In this document: positions 38,685 to 53,578 of the stretch, in pieces
Numbering within the stretch: the stretch's first letter is position 1
Layout of the letters: every line of letters begins with the position of its first letter
Assembly: GCA_951406725.2 (NCBI GenBank)
Contig: OX597814.1
Coordinates: 148,614,001 to 148,678,000, forward strand
DNA length: 64,000 nucleotides
Origin: Octopus vulgaris
Lineage: Eukaryota
Reading direction: 5' to 3'
Notes under the pieces: model-generated
What the model saw: the letters and a program-made list of their open reading frames with translations, nothing else
Database searches by the model: none
Told to the model about the DNA's origin: nothing
Position numbers and translations under genes: made by a program

Positions 38685-38738
38685 ATATTCCTACTGTATA
38701 TATATATATATTTTTTTTTTTTTTTCGTAAAGTGGCTG

Positions 38739-38841
38739 ACTTTACTGATGAATCTACTGGCCTATGGAAGATTAGCTTGATTTAATTTAATCAGGTTGAT
38801 TTACCATTAAAGAATAGACGAAACGATGCTTCGTATAAAGT
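38739..38841 (+). ncRNA. Type I hammerhead ribozyme with complete stem III
   Basis: Stem I acttta/taaagt, CUGAUGA, stem II atcta/tagac (first pair mismatched) with long extension, GAAA, stem III cga-tgct-tcg, GUA site. Confidence 0.75.
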
Positions 38842-38845
38842 ATTA

Positions 38846-40834
38846 CAGGGTAAAAAAAGAAGAACCGCCCCAAAAGGGCAATTTGGGAAACTTCAGCGGT
38901 CCGACTTGCCAGGAGGGAACGTCGGACTGCTGAACGGGAATACAGGTTGCATAAATCAGACACCAACAGGAAGAAGCGGAATAAATCCTCCGACCATCTC
39001 AAGCAAGTGACAAAAAAGGCAGTGCTTGAATTTGAACAGTGCATAGCAGACAATCCTGACAGCAAGGTTTTCTGGAAATATGTGCACTCAAAGCAGAGAC
39101 CTCACTCTCCAGTGGGCCCTCTTCGCAACCCTCACACAAACCAGATCACTGACGACCCCAAGGAATGCGCAGAACTCATTGCCGAGTGCTATGCAAACAT
39201 ATTCACTGTTGAAAGTCAAAATGTACCATCTTCACCATCACTAACAGCAAACTCCATAACAACTATGGAATTTACACCTGCAATGCTGCGACGTCACCTT
39301 CAAAATAAGCGCAACTATGCCTCCCCTGGTCTCGATGGAGTTACATACCTGCTTCTCAAACGTGGCAGGCACTTCCTTTTACACCAGCTTTCTATTTTCT
39401 TCCAGTACTGTCTCAACAATGGTGCTACTCCGGAGCAGTGGAAAACTGCCAGTGTCATTCCTCTGTTCAAAAAGGGCGACCGCACATCACCTGTCAACTA
39501 TCGCCCAGTCAGTCTCACTAGCTGTATTGCAAAACTGATGGAATCGTGTGTCAGAGAAACACTCTGGAACTTCTGGAGCTCTCACAGTCTCATCTGACCC
39601 TCACAATATGGATTTGTCCCTAACTCCAGCTGCAGTGACCAGCTTGTCGAGTTCCTTGAGGACATTACTCAGATTACTGACAGTGGCTCATGGGTGGATG
39701 TTGTCTACCTTGACTTTGCTAAGGCTTTCAACTCTGTGCCACACAAAAGGCTTATGGTGAAACTCTCTGCAATGGGTGTGGGGGATGACCTTTTTAACTG
39801 GTTGAAATCCTTCATCCTCAGCCGAAAGGAGGTAGTCACAGTTCTAGGACAGCACTCTACACCATATGAGATGTCATCGGGTGTACCACAGGGATCTGTC
39901 CTTGGTCCCCTCTTGTTTGTGGCATACATTAACGACATAGATGCCAATTTAAAGAATGCCACAGTATTGAAATATGCAGACGACATCAAGCTGTACCTTG
40001 AAATCAAGAGGACAGATCCTGATGTCTACAACTCTTTCCTGCAATCAGACCTAGACACAATGCAGCAATGGATCACAGACTGGCAACTGAAACTGGCTAT
40101 GGACAAGTGTACCACCATGCATTTTGGGAGAAAAAACCCTGCGTTCACATACTCCCTCCACAACACTGATATCAAGAAATCCTCTTGCAAGCGTGACCTA
40201 GGCATCACTGTCAGCAGTGATTTGCGTTGGTCAAAGCATATCTCTAAGATTGTCAGGAAGGCCGAGGGTGTCTTGGCATCACTCAGCGGGTCTTTTGTTA
40301 GCCGCTCTCCAGCCATCTATTTAAAACTGTATACAGCTATGGTACGACCACACTTGGAATTCGCATCATCAGTTTGGAACCCCTATCTTGCACAGAACAT
40401 TGACCTCCTGGAATCTGTCCAGAGACGTGCAACCAAACGCATACCCTCCATCAGACACCTACCATATTCTGAGCGCCTTGTTTCCCTGGGCATGGATTCA
40501 CTGAAGCTCCGGCGTTTGGCGACGGACTTGGTAAACACCCACAAAGTTATCAACCACCTCACAAACAACAACACTGAACACCTTTTTGATCTCCATGTGT
40601 CTAACACACGTGGACATGCCTACAAAGTCAGAAAACAATACAGCTCCCATGACTTTCGGAAACATTTTTTCACGCTCAGAGTTGCTGAAGCATGGAATAA
40701 ACTGCCTGCGTCAGTTGTTGACTGCCATGACACTGCATCTTTTAAGGCCCTCATGCTTTCCGAAATCCACCGAAACTACACCTGATTATATATACACTTT
40801 AGATGAGTTGTAGTGCACCTGAGCACTGTACACA

Positions 40835-40864
<30 letters not shown>
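38846..40864 (+). mobile_element. 5'-truncated CR1-group LINE; RT frame broken by a single TGA at 39595
   Basis: ORFs 38947-39597 and 39694-40785 are in the same frame; SPGLDG, NYRPVSLTS, DFAKAF, GVPQGSVLGP, YADD, RPHLEFAS..WNP, LESVQRRATK; (att)n 3' tail. Confidence 0.92.
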
Positions 40865-40866
<2 letters not shown>

Positions 40867-40981
40867 ATGTTTTTTAAATTTACTCCTGGTTTACGGAATT
40901 AATATTGTTTTGCGGTTGAAGCCTTGGCTGTTATTTCTAGTGGGTTGAATGGCCTATTATGGCCGTTCCTTAATTTTGCTG

Positions 40982-41037
<56 letters not shown>

Positions 41038-41069
41038 GTATATGTATCTATCTATCCATATATATATAA

Positions 41070-41117
<48 letters not shown>

Positions 41118-41129
41118 ATATTAATATGT

Positions 41130-41314
41130 ATGTCCTTTTTTTTCTCTCCTTTTTTTCTCTCCATGTTTCTCTCCTTCTTTTTTTCTGTGCCCCTTTCTGT
41201 AGAAGAGCGTAGGCTGAAAACGTAAACGACGTTTCTATTCTTGAGGGTTATACTAATACATCTGTTTGTTTTGTACACCACCTGTCTTCGTCTTTTGTTT
41301 TTTACGTAAACTCT

Positions 41315-41320
<6 letters not shown>
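41130..41320 (+). mobile_element. pLTR-like remnant with degenerate hammerhead; relatives at ~34670-34830(-) and ~53266-53420(-)
   Basis: Shared ctg(t/a)(t/a)gaagagcgtaggctcgaaacg and cacctgtcttcgtcttttg, each ending in (TA)n. Confidence 0.6.
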
Positions 41321-41345
<25 letters not shown>

Positions 41346-42924
41346 CTCATACAGGAGTGTGCGATTGTGTGTAGAAATATAGAAATTCTAATATTGATTT
41401 TCACGTTTTATTTACAATCTTATTAAATTTTATTCTGATTGGACTAGTGCTTTGATGTATTAAAATATGCAATCTTCTGGATTACATAGTAGTAGTAACA
41501 GTTATGTTTTATAATTTACAACTGTTGTGAGTTGTAAATTGTACTATTTGTTGACTGAAAAATAGTCTGATATTGTTGTATGTAAGCCCTTGGCGGAATA
41601 TAAGAGATTTGGGTTCGTATCCCATGCGTACGGAAGATCTACTTTTTTTATGTTGAGGGTGTATATGCCCCAATATTAAACTATTTTCTTTAGTCAATAC
41701 GCGGTCATCGTTTACAAGCTTTCAGCTTATAAAATATTAATATTTACAGAATTGTCACCTGTCGCCGTTTCTCAATTCATCGCAGAAAACGCAGTTGCTT
41801 GTCTGAGAAAAATATTTTATATTGCATGCCGCAGATATGAGAAATGAGAGATATCGTTATAAGTTTGCTTGATACCGACAAACTATATCGCAAGTGTAAA
41901 TGAAAAGAATATCTGTTTGACATCAATATGTAACAAGTATGTGCAATATTTTTTAGTAGAAATGGTGCCATAAGACACAGAAAGCTCACACATTAAAACG
42001 TTCACTTGTGCACAAAAGTGAAATGTTAGTTTTAAATATAGAACAGAAATACTGTCGTGGGTCACTACAGTTACATGAAATTGATTGCGAACGTACATAA
42101 AGGTTAAGAAAAACAGATGGCAATTATTACTTTTCTCTCTAGCAATGATAGATTCAAGGCATGATGAAATGATAAAAGGAAATAGGAGAAAAGAGCAAAT
42201 AACAATGTTTAAGACCAAAAGAAATTGTGTCGAATTTGGAAAGCATAGAGATTGGGTTTTACTGTGAAATGCCAACTACTATGTTACTAGTAACACGATA
42301 CAGGCCTTTAGTATTTCTTTGACAAAAAAGACGTGTTAGAGCCAATTATGTTTGGGTGACCTTTATTCTAATTATGTTTTATAACAATAGATATTCCTTT
42401 AAACCGCTATGTCCATAAATCAATATCATGCTATCACACTTTGACTCTTTAGCTAGCAAATCTTATTCTATATCTACCTATGTATATCAACTTTTTCCTC
42501 TCATTGCTTATAGCTCAAAAGTTTTACATACATAAACAGACAAATACATACATTCATTTATATATATGCGCGCGCGTGCGTGTGTGCGTGTGTGTATGTG
42601 TGTAATTGGGTGAGTGAATGGGTGGTTGTGTGGTCGTATGAGTGTGTCTGTGTGTGTATGTATGTACCCATATTGAAAGAGTGGACCGGGTAAAATGATC
42701 AGCTATACCCGATTAATGAATATCTCCGCGTATCACTGCTCTGCGATGTCCGTCTACGCTTATTTTGAGTGGGTAGCATGTTTCGCCTTTGTATAACCTA
42801 CCAAAGCTCCATGGGATGGAGTAAACGCAGTCTTTGGTCATATTGTCTTCTATTTACATATATATATATGTGTGTGTATGTGTCTGTGTGTCTGTATGGT
42901 GTGTGTGTGTGTGTGCGTACAACT

Positions 42925-43520
42925 CGACAGAAGGTCCTGATAAGTTCCCGGCTACTGTCCTAAAGATGTGTCAACATCAAATTGCACCCCATTTAGCTGA
43001 GCTCTGGAAAAACTCACTTGATGCAGGCTACATTCTTGTAAACAATATATAATTCCACATGTCTTAAATATAGAAATGTTGGGTTCTGTTCGTCAGGATA
43101 TACTATATTCACAGCAGCAGCTTTCCACGGACTCCGATATTCGACAGTTTCTACAGCAGGATTTTGTGATCCACTTTGTCAAATGTCTTGCTGAAATCAA
43201 GACATATGGTGCCCTCCTTCAGCGCTCTTTATATGTTATGAAAATGGTGCAGAAGCTGCTACTGGCAGTCCCTGCCATCACGGAAACCAGGCTGGTTGGG
43301 GTTCAGCGTATTGTTGTCTTCGAGGAAGTGAGTTATTCAGATACTTTAATGATATGAGAAGTGAGGGAAATCGGACCGTGCTTCACTGCAAGAGATTTGT
43401 TTCCGTTTTTGTAAACTGGAAAGACAAACTGGGAAAGAACATGATCAGGAATGTAGCCAGCATCAAGTGACATATCTTCATGACAGTGGCCGGGAACTTA
43501 TTGGTACATTCTGCAAAGTT
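42925..43520. mobile_element. Two RT fragments of the 53.7-58 kb LINE family in opposite orientations
   Basis: GPDKFPATVLKMCQHQIAPHLAELWKNSLDAGYI on plus (42930-43040); minus fragment from NKFPATVMKICH through PISLTSHIIKV to DFSKTFD. Confidence 0.7.
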
Positions 43521-43551
43521 GTACATGTATACATACATACAAATACGTACA

Positions 43552-43611
<60 letters not shown>

Positions 43612-43616
<5 letters not shown>

Positions 43617-44722
43617 GGGTTGCAAAACATTAGGAAAACCTAGCTTCATAGCATCATAATTTTGAAATATCTATGAAATCATCAAAGCTTGTTTTTATGT
43701 TTCTTTTTAATTTATTATTAGTGTTGCTTAAGATGTGTTGCTAAAATTACTGTTGCTTCTCAGACACCATCAGAAAAGGGTAATGAAAATTCATAAAAAT
43801 GTTAGATCTATCGGACTTTCAAAGAGGTCAAATTGTTGGTGCTCGTATGGCAGGCGCTAGCGTAAAGAAAACAGCGAAATATTTGGTCTATTAAGTAGAA
43901 CTGTCTCGAAAGTAATGACAGCCTTTAAGAAAGAGGGAGAAACCTTGTCGTCGAAAGAAAACTCCGGAAGAAAACCAAAACTTTCAGAATGGAAGTGTCG
44001 GACTCTTTCGGGAATTGTTGGAAAGAAACACAAAAGTACACAATATTATTGCAGAGCATAATGACCACATTGTGCACACGGTTTCCACAAACACTTTTTG
44101 TCGGGTGCTCCAGAAACCGGATTCCATGGGAGGGCTGCAATCAGAAAACAACTATTTGAAAAACAAACGTTGCAAAGTATTTAGAGTGGAGTAAAAAACT
44201 ACAGAATTGGTCCGTGGAGGAGTTGAAGAATGTTATTTTCTCAGACGAATTTTTCTTTAGCTTATTTCCGACGACCAGCTGAGTATAACCGTTAAGACAG
44301 CCAAAAGAAGCATTTAATCCAGACTACCTTCTTCCAGCTGTTAAAGATGGAGGCAGAATTAATGGCAGAATTAATAATCAAGACTATTTCAGCATTTTAT
44401 CTGATCAAATTCATCCTATGGTTGCGTAACTGTTTTCGGAGGGAAACGCAATCTTTCAGGATGATAATGCACCAATTCACACAGCTAAAGTTCTTACTGA
44501 AAGACACGAGGAACATTCTCGTGAAGTTGAACATCCTATCTGGCCACCACAGTCACCAGATCTCAATATTATTGCACATCTATGGAAATAATTCAAATGC
44601 TGTGCGAGTCCATACCTCGTAGAATTCAAGCTATAATTACTGCCAAAGGAACTTCTACTCCATGTCAAGATAAATTCGTTTAAAATTTTAAGGTGTTTCC
44701 ATTATTTTGTCCAACGTCTAGA
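43612..44722 (+). mobile_element. Tc1-family transposon, nearly full length, decayed
   Basis: Left TIR TA-caggggttg...aaacct; MLDLSDFQRGQIVGARMAG at ~43799; FSDE and FQDDNAPIH; right TIR ggtgtttccattattttgtccaac; same family as 35030-35759. Confidence 0.85.
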
Positions 44723-44748
44723 TATACATGGATGCATACATAAATATA

Positions 44749-44782
<34 letters not shown>

Positions 44783-44784
44783 CG

Positions 44785-44843
<59 letters not shown>

Positions 44844-45708
44844 AATATTAGGGAATAAATCCAAATTTACAGGGAAAAAATCAGATTTAGGATTAAATCC
44901 AATTTTATAGTAAAATATTATATAATATTATTAGAGACAAAACCACTATTTTGCAAAACAAACAAGGAAAGACTTAATCAATACATAAAATTTTAATAGT
45001 GGTTTTGTCTCTAATAATATTATATATATATATATATATATGCACGTATGTATGTATGTATGTATGTATGTATGTATGTATGTATGTATGTATGTATGTA
45101 TGTATATTTATATATTACGCACTCACGCTGCCGACCAGATTATCACATGTTCTTACACATCGGTAGTCACAACACTCCTTGCATAGTTTAAGCTTTCGAA
45201 TGCAGGCATTCCTGTCTGGGAATTGAACAGACTAACCACAATATCACGCACCTTCAATTGCACAAGAAAACGCACACAGCATTGACTTTGCATGACGCGC
45301 GATGTCATATTGGTCGTAATGTGTTTGCTTATGACGTTATTGTACATTCAGAGCATTATTAGGCTAATAATAACACATGCACTTATCATTTTTCTCTCGA
45401 TTTCTAAAGAAAAAAATTATCAGGCAGTTATGTAACTAATTAATTATCTAACCAATTTGACTAATCAATCATTTGACTACACTAATCAATATATTTGTGG
45501 TAAAAGTGCTGTAGATGAGGACGCGTCAGTGGGAAGTTAGGAAGCATCAGAGAAATAATTCTGACAAACCGATTGATTCATTACTCGAGTAATTGAACAA
45601 ATAATTAATGAAATAATTAGTTAATTAGTCGTGTGTTAATAATTGACGAGAATGAAATATAAGCATTATGTGAATGGAGGATGAATGCTCACACAAGTAT
45701 TATATGTA

Positions 45709-45749
<41 letters not shown>

Positions 45750-46087
45750 CAGAGATGTATGTTTGTGTGTATATCTATATCTATAAATTTACATATAAAC
45801 ATATATGAGAACCCATTTTGGGCTCTCATAACTTTCCTGTCGAAGTGCTTAGGGTCCAAACTTCCACGTCGTTTTCATTCTTCCCGAGTGTAAAACTAAT
45901 CCACCCGCTTGTTGTTAAAATAAAAAGGAAAGGTAAGAAAAAATGGCAACAGCTGACAGACATAAAGTTTAATTTAGTTACATAATGAAAAAATAAAGAT
46001 AGTCTCCTACAGCTGTGTTGGTGATATCCCAGCTATTGGATCATCATGCATAGCAAAGACCCCCAAGCAGTAAGTATCCCGCCATCG

Positions 46088-46088
46088 C

Positions 46089-46154
<66 letters not shown>

Positions 46155-46219
46155 GTAGATAGATAGATAGATAGACAGACATATTGATAGATAGATAGAT
46201 AGATAGGTAGATAGATAGG

Positions 46220-46284
<65 letters not shown>
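46088..46284. repeat. (GATA)n microsatellite
   Basis: Directly visible. Confidence 0.95.
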
Positions 46285-46286
<2 letters not shown>

Positions 46287-47819
46287 AGATTTGTTTAACA
46301 TATGTAACGGTGGAATGAATGTTCATCAATGATAGTTGTTGTGATTGCGTCTGTCCAGAGAGAGATGAGATATGCAAATAGGCCCAGTTAGAACTAGCGT
46401 GATACGGTATGCATTAGGAAAATCCATAGTCAATAAGAATGTTTATATAGTAATCCGTTGTGAGGGGAAAATGTATGCTAGCAATTCCAAGTGTGGACAA
46501 ATACTGAGAGGAAGAAGTACACATCCTTACAAATACTGAGAAGAGAAAGATAGATGGGATTTATGCATGGCCCAGAGAGGTTAATGGGACTCCAGTGTAA
46601 AGGCAGATAGATAATTGGTCATCATCATTGCCATCGTTGTCAACATAATCGCCATTGTTCTCTCAGCCATTTTTCCGATTTTGAATTTGAAGATATCAAG
46701 TATCATAGTTTCAGTCCTGCTTTTAATTCTTACGGTTCCTGCCCACACCGAGATACAGTCATTCTGTCTTTCTGTAGAGCTAACTATGTATTTCGTCTCG
46801 AAATTCAAACATATGTTATATAATGAATATATATTTTGTGAAACTCAGGGTCCATTTATTTCATTATTATTGTAACTAAGTCGTATACAATGTCTATTTT
46901 AGGTAATAGTAATTCAGTCCAAGTATTAGCGACGTTCAGAATTTACTGGTCGCCTACATCCATACATTCTCGAGATCGATTATGTTTGACTTCAAATATA
47001 TCTACCCAAACAAATATTGAATAATAATTCTATCCTTTCAGGACGATGAAATTTAAAGCCTAATATATATTTTTAAATAGCCAGATAACAATAACGAGAA
47101 AACATGTTATAAATACCTACATCTTCATGACATTAAATATCAGATTAAAACTCCTATGAATAATTTTCATCGAAGAGCAGATGATCCTAACTCCTACAAT
47201 ATCAACAGTAATACGATATGCAAAATCTTATTTTGTTCCGGGAAGATACACAGAAGTGATTTTCGAAAGATACATAACATAAGGAATTACAAATTATTAC
47301 CACTGCACAGCTGCAGGAATGATTACTGTAGTAGGTCATTTTTAAAAAATATTTTACTTGATTTAGTTATTGAAATATGGCCATGTAGGGACACTGATTT
47401 GAAAAATAGTAGTCGAGGAAATAGATGCGGGAAGTATTTTTGCAAAGCCCGGTACGTAATCTTTGGATGCCATTCGTCGAAAGGCTATCTTACGGATAGC
47501 ATATATATATATATATACACAAACATCACGAGATGCCTCAAAGTTTCCGTCTACCAAGTCCACTCACAAGTCTGAGGTACGCAGTGAGACTGAACCAGGA
47601 GGTGTGAGGCTGAGAATCAAAGTTCGTATCACTCACCCACGTCTGCGCTGATATTTATAAAATATGTATACCACGTGTTCAGTACTTCATGAATCGATTT
47701 CGATGCAGTAACGAATAAAGAAAACGCGGACTCAGATACCAAACACACACACACACACAAATGCACACACATACTTTCATACATATGTATACATATAGAT
47801 TTATGGGTATATGCATTAA

Positions 47820-48050
47820 TATACTTTGATACTTTGATAGGTTTCGGCCATTATTGGCCCAGGCCATGTCTAACTTAATAGCACCACCTGGTGAAGTTTT
47901 TCAAGTCAGAATTTGGGCACTATGGCCCACTCAAGTAGAGAGTTATTGTTTACAGAGACATATCCGGGTGTAGGGGGTTTATCCGGGATTTCTTGAAGGA
48001 ATCTGTCCAAAGACTTCTTGAACCCTATAGGGTCAGTTTCTGTTTTAATG
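47820..48050 (-). mobile_element. 3' end of LINE (same family as 58036-59224)
   Basis: FKKSLDRFLQEIPDKPPTPGYVSVNNNSLLEW, and 3' UTR ccaggtggtgctattaagttagacatggcctgggcc identical to ~58074-58111; tail (atcaaagt)2. Confidence 0.85.
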
Positions 48051-48051
48051 T

Positions 48052-48119
<68 letters not shown>

Positions 48120-48188
48120 TTAATTTAAAGTTTCAGTTCAGAGCTGCCGCCATGCTGATGCACCGCCGTTGTGTATATATATTATATA

Positions 48189-48223
<35 letters not shown>

Positions 48224-48240
48224 TCATATATATATACACG

Positions 48241-48280
<40 letters not shown>

Positions 48281-48771
48281 CACACATTCAAACACATAAA
48301 ACATATAGTATATAAACAATGAAATATTACAGAAGTATTTCCTAAATTACACATTCTAAAATTGTAGAATTAACTGTAGAATGATCAAAGTTTACAGATG
48401 CCAGTCTATTCCCAGAAAATGCAAAACTTTATAGAAAACCCATAAAAACTGATATTGTGCTGCACTGTTATCGATTATCCAAATTTTATGATCACTGTTT
48501 ATTCACGAAACTGGCCCTATGTACTTTTTACAAATTGTAAGTAGATGAAAGAGTTAAATGTTTTCAAAATAATTGTAAGACTTCATTATTCATAAGCGTC
48601 TGTATCGTCTCCGCTTACTCACATTTGTTACGACTAAAAGACTCAGAAAATATAAGCACTCCTAAGCATAAGCATGGATATATACACACACAAAGACATA
48701 CACACACAAAGACATACACACACAAAGACATACACACACAAAGACATACACACACAAAGACATACACACAC

Positions 48772-48825
<54 letters not shown>

Positions 48826-49434
48826 GTTTGTGTGTGTATAGTTACATACATAAATGTACCGATACATTTCTATGCACACCCATAGATATACACAAGCATA
48901 CGGGTTCATATATATAGACATGGGTGTGTGCTGAGGGTTGATTGGTTGGGTGTGGTGTGTGGGTATGTAAATCACGCGTGTGTGTGTATGTATGTAATCA
49001 AACGCAAATCTTGTGCCCATAATACTAACAAGCAGGAACTGAAAGTAGGATGAAAATAAAATATACGATAAAAATTTTCTACGAATAGATATTCAGCGAA
49101 GCATAGATTTTCATACACAAAAGACGTATAAATAAACTTGTAACACAGAAGGAGGCAGACAAATAAACACAGACATATTTAAAAGGGATTTAGCAGACTA
49201 AATATTCATAATTGCGATTTAAACTGTTTAGAATTCGACAAAAATCTCATGGAGAAATCAATGTAAATATCATTTGTTTTATGATTTAATTGATTCAATT
49301 AATTCCTAGAACAATAGTTTCCTTATAAAATTATTGTACGATAAATGTATATTCATATGTATGTGTGTGTGTGATACTATACAGACACATACATATATAC
49401 ATACATAAATATACAGAGAAATATATATGTATAC

Positions 49435-49498
<64 letters not shown>

Positions 49499-49516
49499 TA
49501 TAATTATATATATGCG

Positions 49517-49547
<31 letters not shown>

Positions 49548-50574
49548 GAGAGAAACAGAGAGTCTGAGAGATAGTACGTATAATATAGCATCTTAGTATT
49601 GTGATGGGGTGTGCTGTCTATATCACTTATATATTTGAAGATATATTTCACTATGTTTTATACACGATATATAAGCTAGAAAATGTTTCGGGAAAAATCA
49701 TATGCTAAGTACTGTATAATAATTATGGGTCCTCAATCTTTACCTTATGCGTCATGGTTTTAACATACAAATGTATAATGAGAAATATTTCATAGTAAAT
49801 TTAATATCTCCTAAGACTATAGTTCGCCCCATCCTCATTTTATTTTGCATTATCACATCAATAAACGATCGAAGTAGTAAATTTACATATAATGAAGACT
49901 ACTCATAAAAGCCTTTTTCAAAAGTTTCGACGATTTTTCTAAAGCACTGATAATTGTGCGATATGAACACATAAATCAGATGACGCCAGAAAGGAAGAAA
50001 ACAAAAAGAAATAATCAAACATCTGTGGTGCCCTCTGTACCTCGAAGCCATAAACACGGCTTTATGAAGTTTAAAGTTTAAGTCGAGCAAGTATTAAGCA
50101 ATAAAATATACGAATCAAACTCAAAATTAAAATGCTTTTTAATTTGTGACAGCGTGTACCGCCATTTGTAAAAAGGCATGCATCAATTTAAAACTATTAT
50201 TGCTGTTTGTTCCTGATATTGACCCCATCTCTAATAATATCTATCACACTACATCAGACAGTCATTGATTTACACTACTGAACGTACGACTCGTTCCTTT
50301 TGTGATTTATAGCATATTGAACAATGTAAGATTAGGAAGGTCAGGGAGTTTGAAACAAGGAAAACATTAACGGAGAGTTCTGTAACGTTGCAACAAGCTC
50401 ATTGGGGGGATGTTTTGATATGTACTCAATAACGTGGTTAGTACCAACGTATCAAAAGCATTATAGTATACCCTAAATCTAATTCTAGATATGAATAACG
50501 ATTCAAGTATGTGCTTATATTTCTCTGTGAGGAAAATTGTTTGCGTTGCGTGCATACACACACACACACACATA

Positions 50575-51500
<926 letters not shown>

Positions 51501-52503
51501 AGTTATATGTATGTGCACCTATGTATCATAATACATATGTACCTATGCATTATGTGTGCATGTATGCATCAGATTTACTATATATATCACAGACAGTATG
51601 AAAGCGCTCATCAAATGCCACTGAAAATAACGTGGCATCCCATAAAAGTCCAGTAGTGTCTACTTATTTTGAAATGTTTGTCTACGTTTGTGCTTTGTTA
51701 ATTATAAATCTTTAAAAATTTATACCATACTAGACCTTCATTCTCACCTCAGTCACAAAAATGTATTTATTACTGAAAGCCAATCATTTTCCATTATTTA
51801 TACGCATTATTTATATGCCAGTCATTGTCCTAAGACTAGTTAAGAGAGCATTTCCTACCAGATGTACCCGAATTATTTATACTCTTACATTTACGAATAC
51901 ATATATGCACGATTTTCAACATATGATTATGCTGGTATATTTACATATATCTGTGTATGCTATGAAATTGGATGATTTTGCAAGAGTTGCAATATAATAT
52001 ACTTGAAAAGAACCTAGAGACCTCAATATGACTTATTCACATTTACTTAGCCGGTTTCATAATCTCGAGTTTGTGAAAATTAATGAAAGATGGAGCCTCA
52101 GAAATGTAAGGGATATAGTTTTCGACAAATATACAATAGCTCCAAGTCACTAAATTTTGTGTGAAAACCATGAAATTCTTAAAAGTAATGCAAACAAAAA
52201 TATGCTGAAATGCATTTTCAATTTGTTCCTTTATACAGATTAGTGTGTGAGTGTTTGTGTGTCTGAGTGTGTGTGTATGTGTTTGTGTGTGTGTGTTTGT
52301 GTATGTGTCTGTGTACATTTTCAGATCAGTGTTTGTATTGGGTTCTCGATTACGCATTTACGTAGTCATGTACGACTTTATCTATCTGTTTCTCATATCA
52401 TAACAACGATTTGCATTTTTGGAACCTTGCATTGGGCTCATATATAGGGGTGGGGCCAAGAGAGAGAAGAGATAGATACATATATATGTAGATATAGACA
52501 AAT

Positions 52504-52541
<38 letters not shown>

Positions 52542-53208
52542 GTATATATATATATGACGGGGTGCTGATAGATCTTGGCTTTGAATAATTGCTGCTGTCC
52601 TTTATTCTCTAAGCCCAGTAAAAGAACTACGAAGGTTGGCTTTCCAACCAAGCCTTTCGTGATACCCTTAAATCCAGGAAATTTTCAGCATTCACTTTTA
52701 TACGAACATGCATACATATATATGCACACACACTCACAAACCTAACTATACTTTTAGAGAGAGAAACAGAGAGAGAGAGGAGAGGAGGAAAGAGAAAGAG
52801 TAAAGAACAATATAAATGCGTGTGAGAACAAACAAGAACCGTTAAACTTAATCTAAAAATATTGGAGATGCAGAACATTGGTGAGAATTTTATTAAAAAA
52901 ATCTAAAACTATACACGTCAGGTAAAATAAAAACTGCCGACACTATGATGTCAGTACTTAAAAACCTGATTGTCTCCTGAAATTTTGATTATATATCTTT
53001 ACGAATAAACAATATGAAGTAATATATAACAATTGTCCATTATTTCGCAGTGAAGAAAACCACATCACATTGTTTTTCACCATTTTCAAATTGAAGAAAA
53101 AAAAATGCATAATAACTATCTCTCTTGATTCTCCTCATTCTTTATCTCACTTTGCATCATTCTTTGCGGTTGTAATTTTTGACATTATATATGTATCTGT
53201 AGAGGCAA

Positions 53209-53268
<60 letters not shown>

Positions 53269-53467
53269 AGAGTTTACGAAAAAAAACAACAAAAGACGAA
53301 GACAGGAGGTGTACAAAACAAACAGATGTATTAGTATAACGCTCAGGAATAGAAAAAGTATTTTACGTTTCGAGCCTACGCTCTTCTACAGACATGGACA
53401 CAGAAAACAAGGAGAGAAATATATATATAACCACATATATATATATATAAATAATAATAATAATAAT

Positions 53468-53519
<52 letters not shown>

Positions 53520-53578
53520 TAATAGTAATAATAATATATATATATATATATATATTGATTGATTGATTGATTCTAGTT

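Noticed and set aside
46615-46875. Hydrophobic 86-aa ORF resembling a membrane peptide
   Set aside because: Built on a (cat)n-like low-complexity tail of a decayed repeat; no splice or homology support.
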